Shown here in pieces: positions 35,255-35,504 of a DNA stretch of 35,504 nt. The position numbers were made by a program, and so were the translations under genes. The stretch spans positions 1-35,504 of the forward strand of contig JAJRPT010000031.1 of the NCBI GenBank assembly GCA_024280675.1, read 5' to 3'. Under the pieces are notes generated by a model. That model had not been told where the DNA came from. It saw only the letters and a program-made list of their open reading frames with translations, and did not search any database. The first letter of the stretch is position 1; every line of letters starts with the position of its first letter. The DNA is from Bacteroidota bacterium (GTDB lineage: Bacteria > Bacteroidota > Ignavibacteria > Kapaibacteriales > UBA2268).

Positions 35255-35504
35255 TTATTTTACAATGTTAATTTGAGTGCTAACAAGCGCATTTCCATTT
35301 GAAAGAATAAGATGGTAAACACCACTTGACAAATCATTTGCAGAAAATGAATACTCCCTTTTTCCCGCCTGATAATATTCCCTAAATAATTCTAACACTC
35401 TGTTGCCAAGGTTATCATAAATCTCTAAACTCAATTCATCAAAAACATTATTACCAAATTCAATTGTGAAATTATTAGAAATAGAGAGATTGTTTAAAGC
35501 CTTA
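35255..35504 (-). CDS. Partial CDS (C-terminal 83 aa; upstream part lies beyond the window end): type-A T9SS C-terminal sorting domain
   Basis: Hand translation of the minus strand ends ...FTIEFGNNVFDELSLEIYDNLGNRVLELFREYYQAGKREYSFSANDLSSGVYHLILSNGNALVSTQINIVK*, with the TAA at 35257..35255. This is a canonical CTD pattern (l.iYd.lG..v..l.......G....f.a..l.sGvY...l). It is absent from the ORF track because there is no Met in the window. Confidence 0.75.
   Translation of the reverse strand, partial: KALNNLSISNNFTIEFGNNVFDELSLEIYDNLGNRVLELFREYYQAGKREYSFSANDLSSGVYHLILSNGNALVSTQINIVK

Noticed and set aside
1-35504. Searched for a mobile element, prophage, defence island (RM, TA, CRISPR-Cas, Cas-like nucleases, STAND/AAA defence ATPases), tRNA integration sites and terminal inverted repeats
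   Set aside because: I recognised no integrase, transposase, recombinase, phage structural gene, nuclease or methylase motifs, tRNA-like sequence or flanking repeats. Composition looks uniform by eye, and housekeeping genes are interspersed throughout.

Overview
AT-rich, gene-dense chromosomal segment with about 24 protein-coding genes. I recognised no rRNA, tRNA, CRISPR array, integrase or transposase. The content points to an FCB-group organism (Bacteroidota/Ignavibacteriota-like). That is an inference from three proteins ending in type-A T9SS C-terminal sorting domains (6455..11338, 22468..23919, and the fragment 35255..35504), a PorV/PorQ-like barrel fragment at 1..221, and frequent absence of Shine-Dalgarno sites. 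Confidently recognised housekeeping genes: RluA-family pseudouridine synthase, two GT2 glycosyltransferases, a RodZ-like HTH protein, KpsF/GutQ arabinose-5-P isomerase, HIT protein, MATE transporter, class I aldolase FbaB, CheY-like receiver plus CHASE/PAS histidine kinase, TsaC/YrdC, FtsH and TilS. The accessory-looking content is more interesting. (1) A four-gene plus-strand cluster (17538..25386) encodes two ~800-aa signal-peptide proteins with similar N-termini, a T9SS-CTD protein and a beta-barrel/OmpA-C anchor. It follows a 439-bp AT-rich leader containing a sigma-54-type -24/-12 match and is followed by a two-component pair whose kinase ATPase domain looks degenerate. This is my best candidate for an undescribed cell-surface system. 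(2) TilS carries a ~350-aa lysine/proline/alanine-rich N-terminal extension built from 5 near-identical DNA tandem repeats. (3) A lipoprotein combines an extreme Tyr/Trp/Gly core with an Arg/Ser tail encoded by 39-bp tandem repeats. (4) There is a 1627-aa T9SS cargo protein. (5) An orphan 561-aa Rossmann protein lies downstream of a triple 21-22-bp direct repeat. All functional calls rest on motif recognition by eye; no database search was possible.
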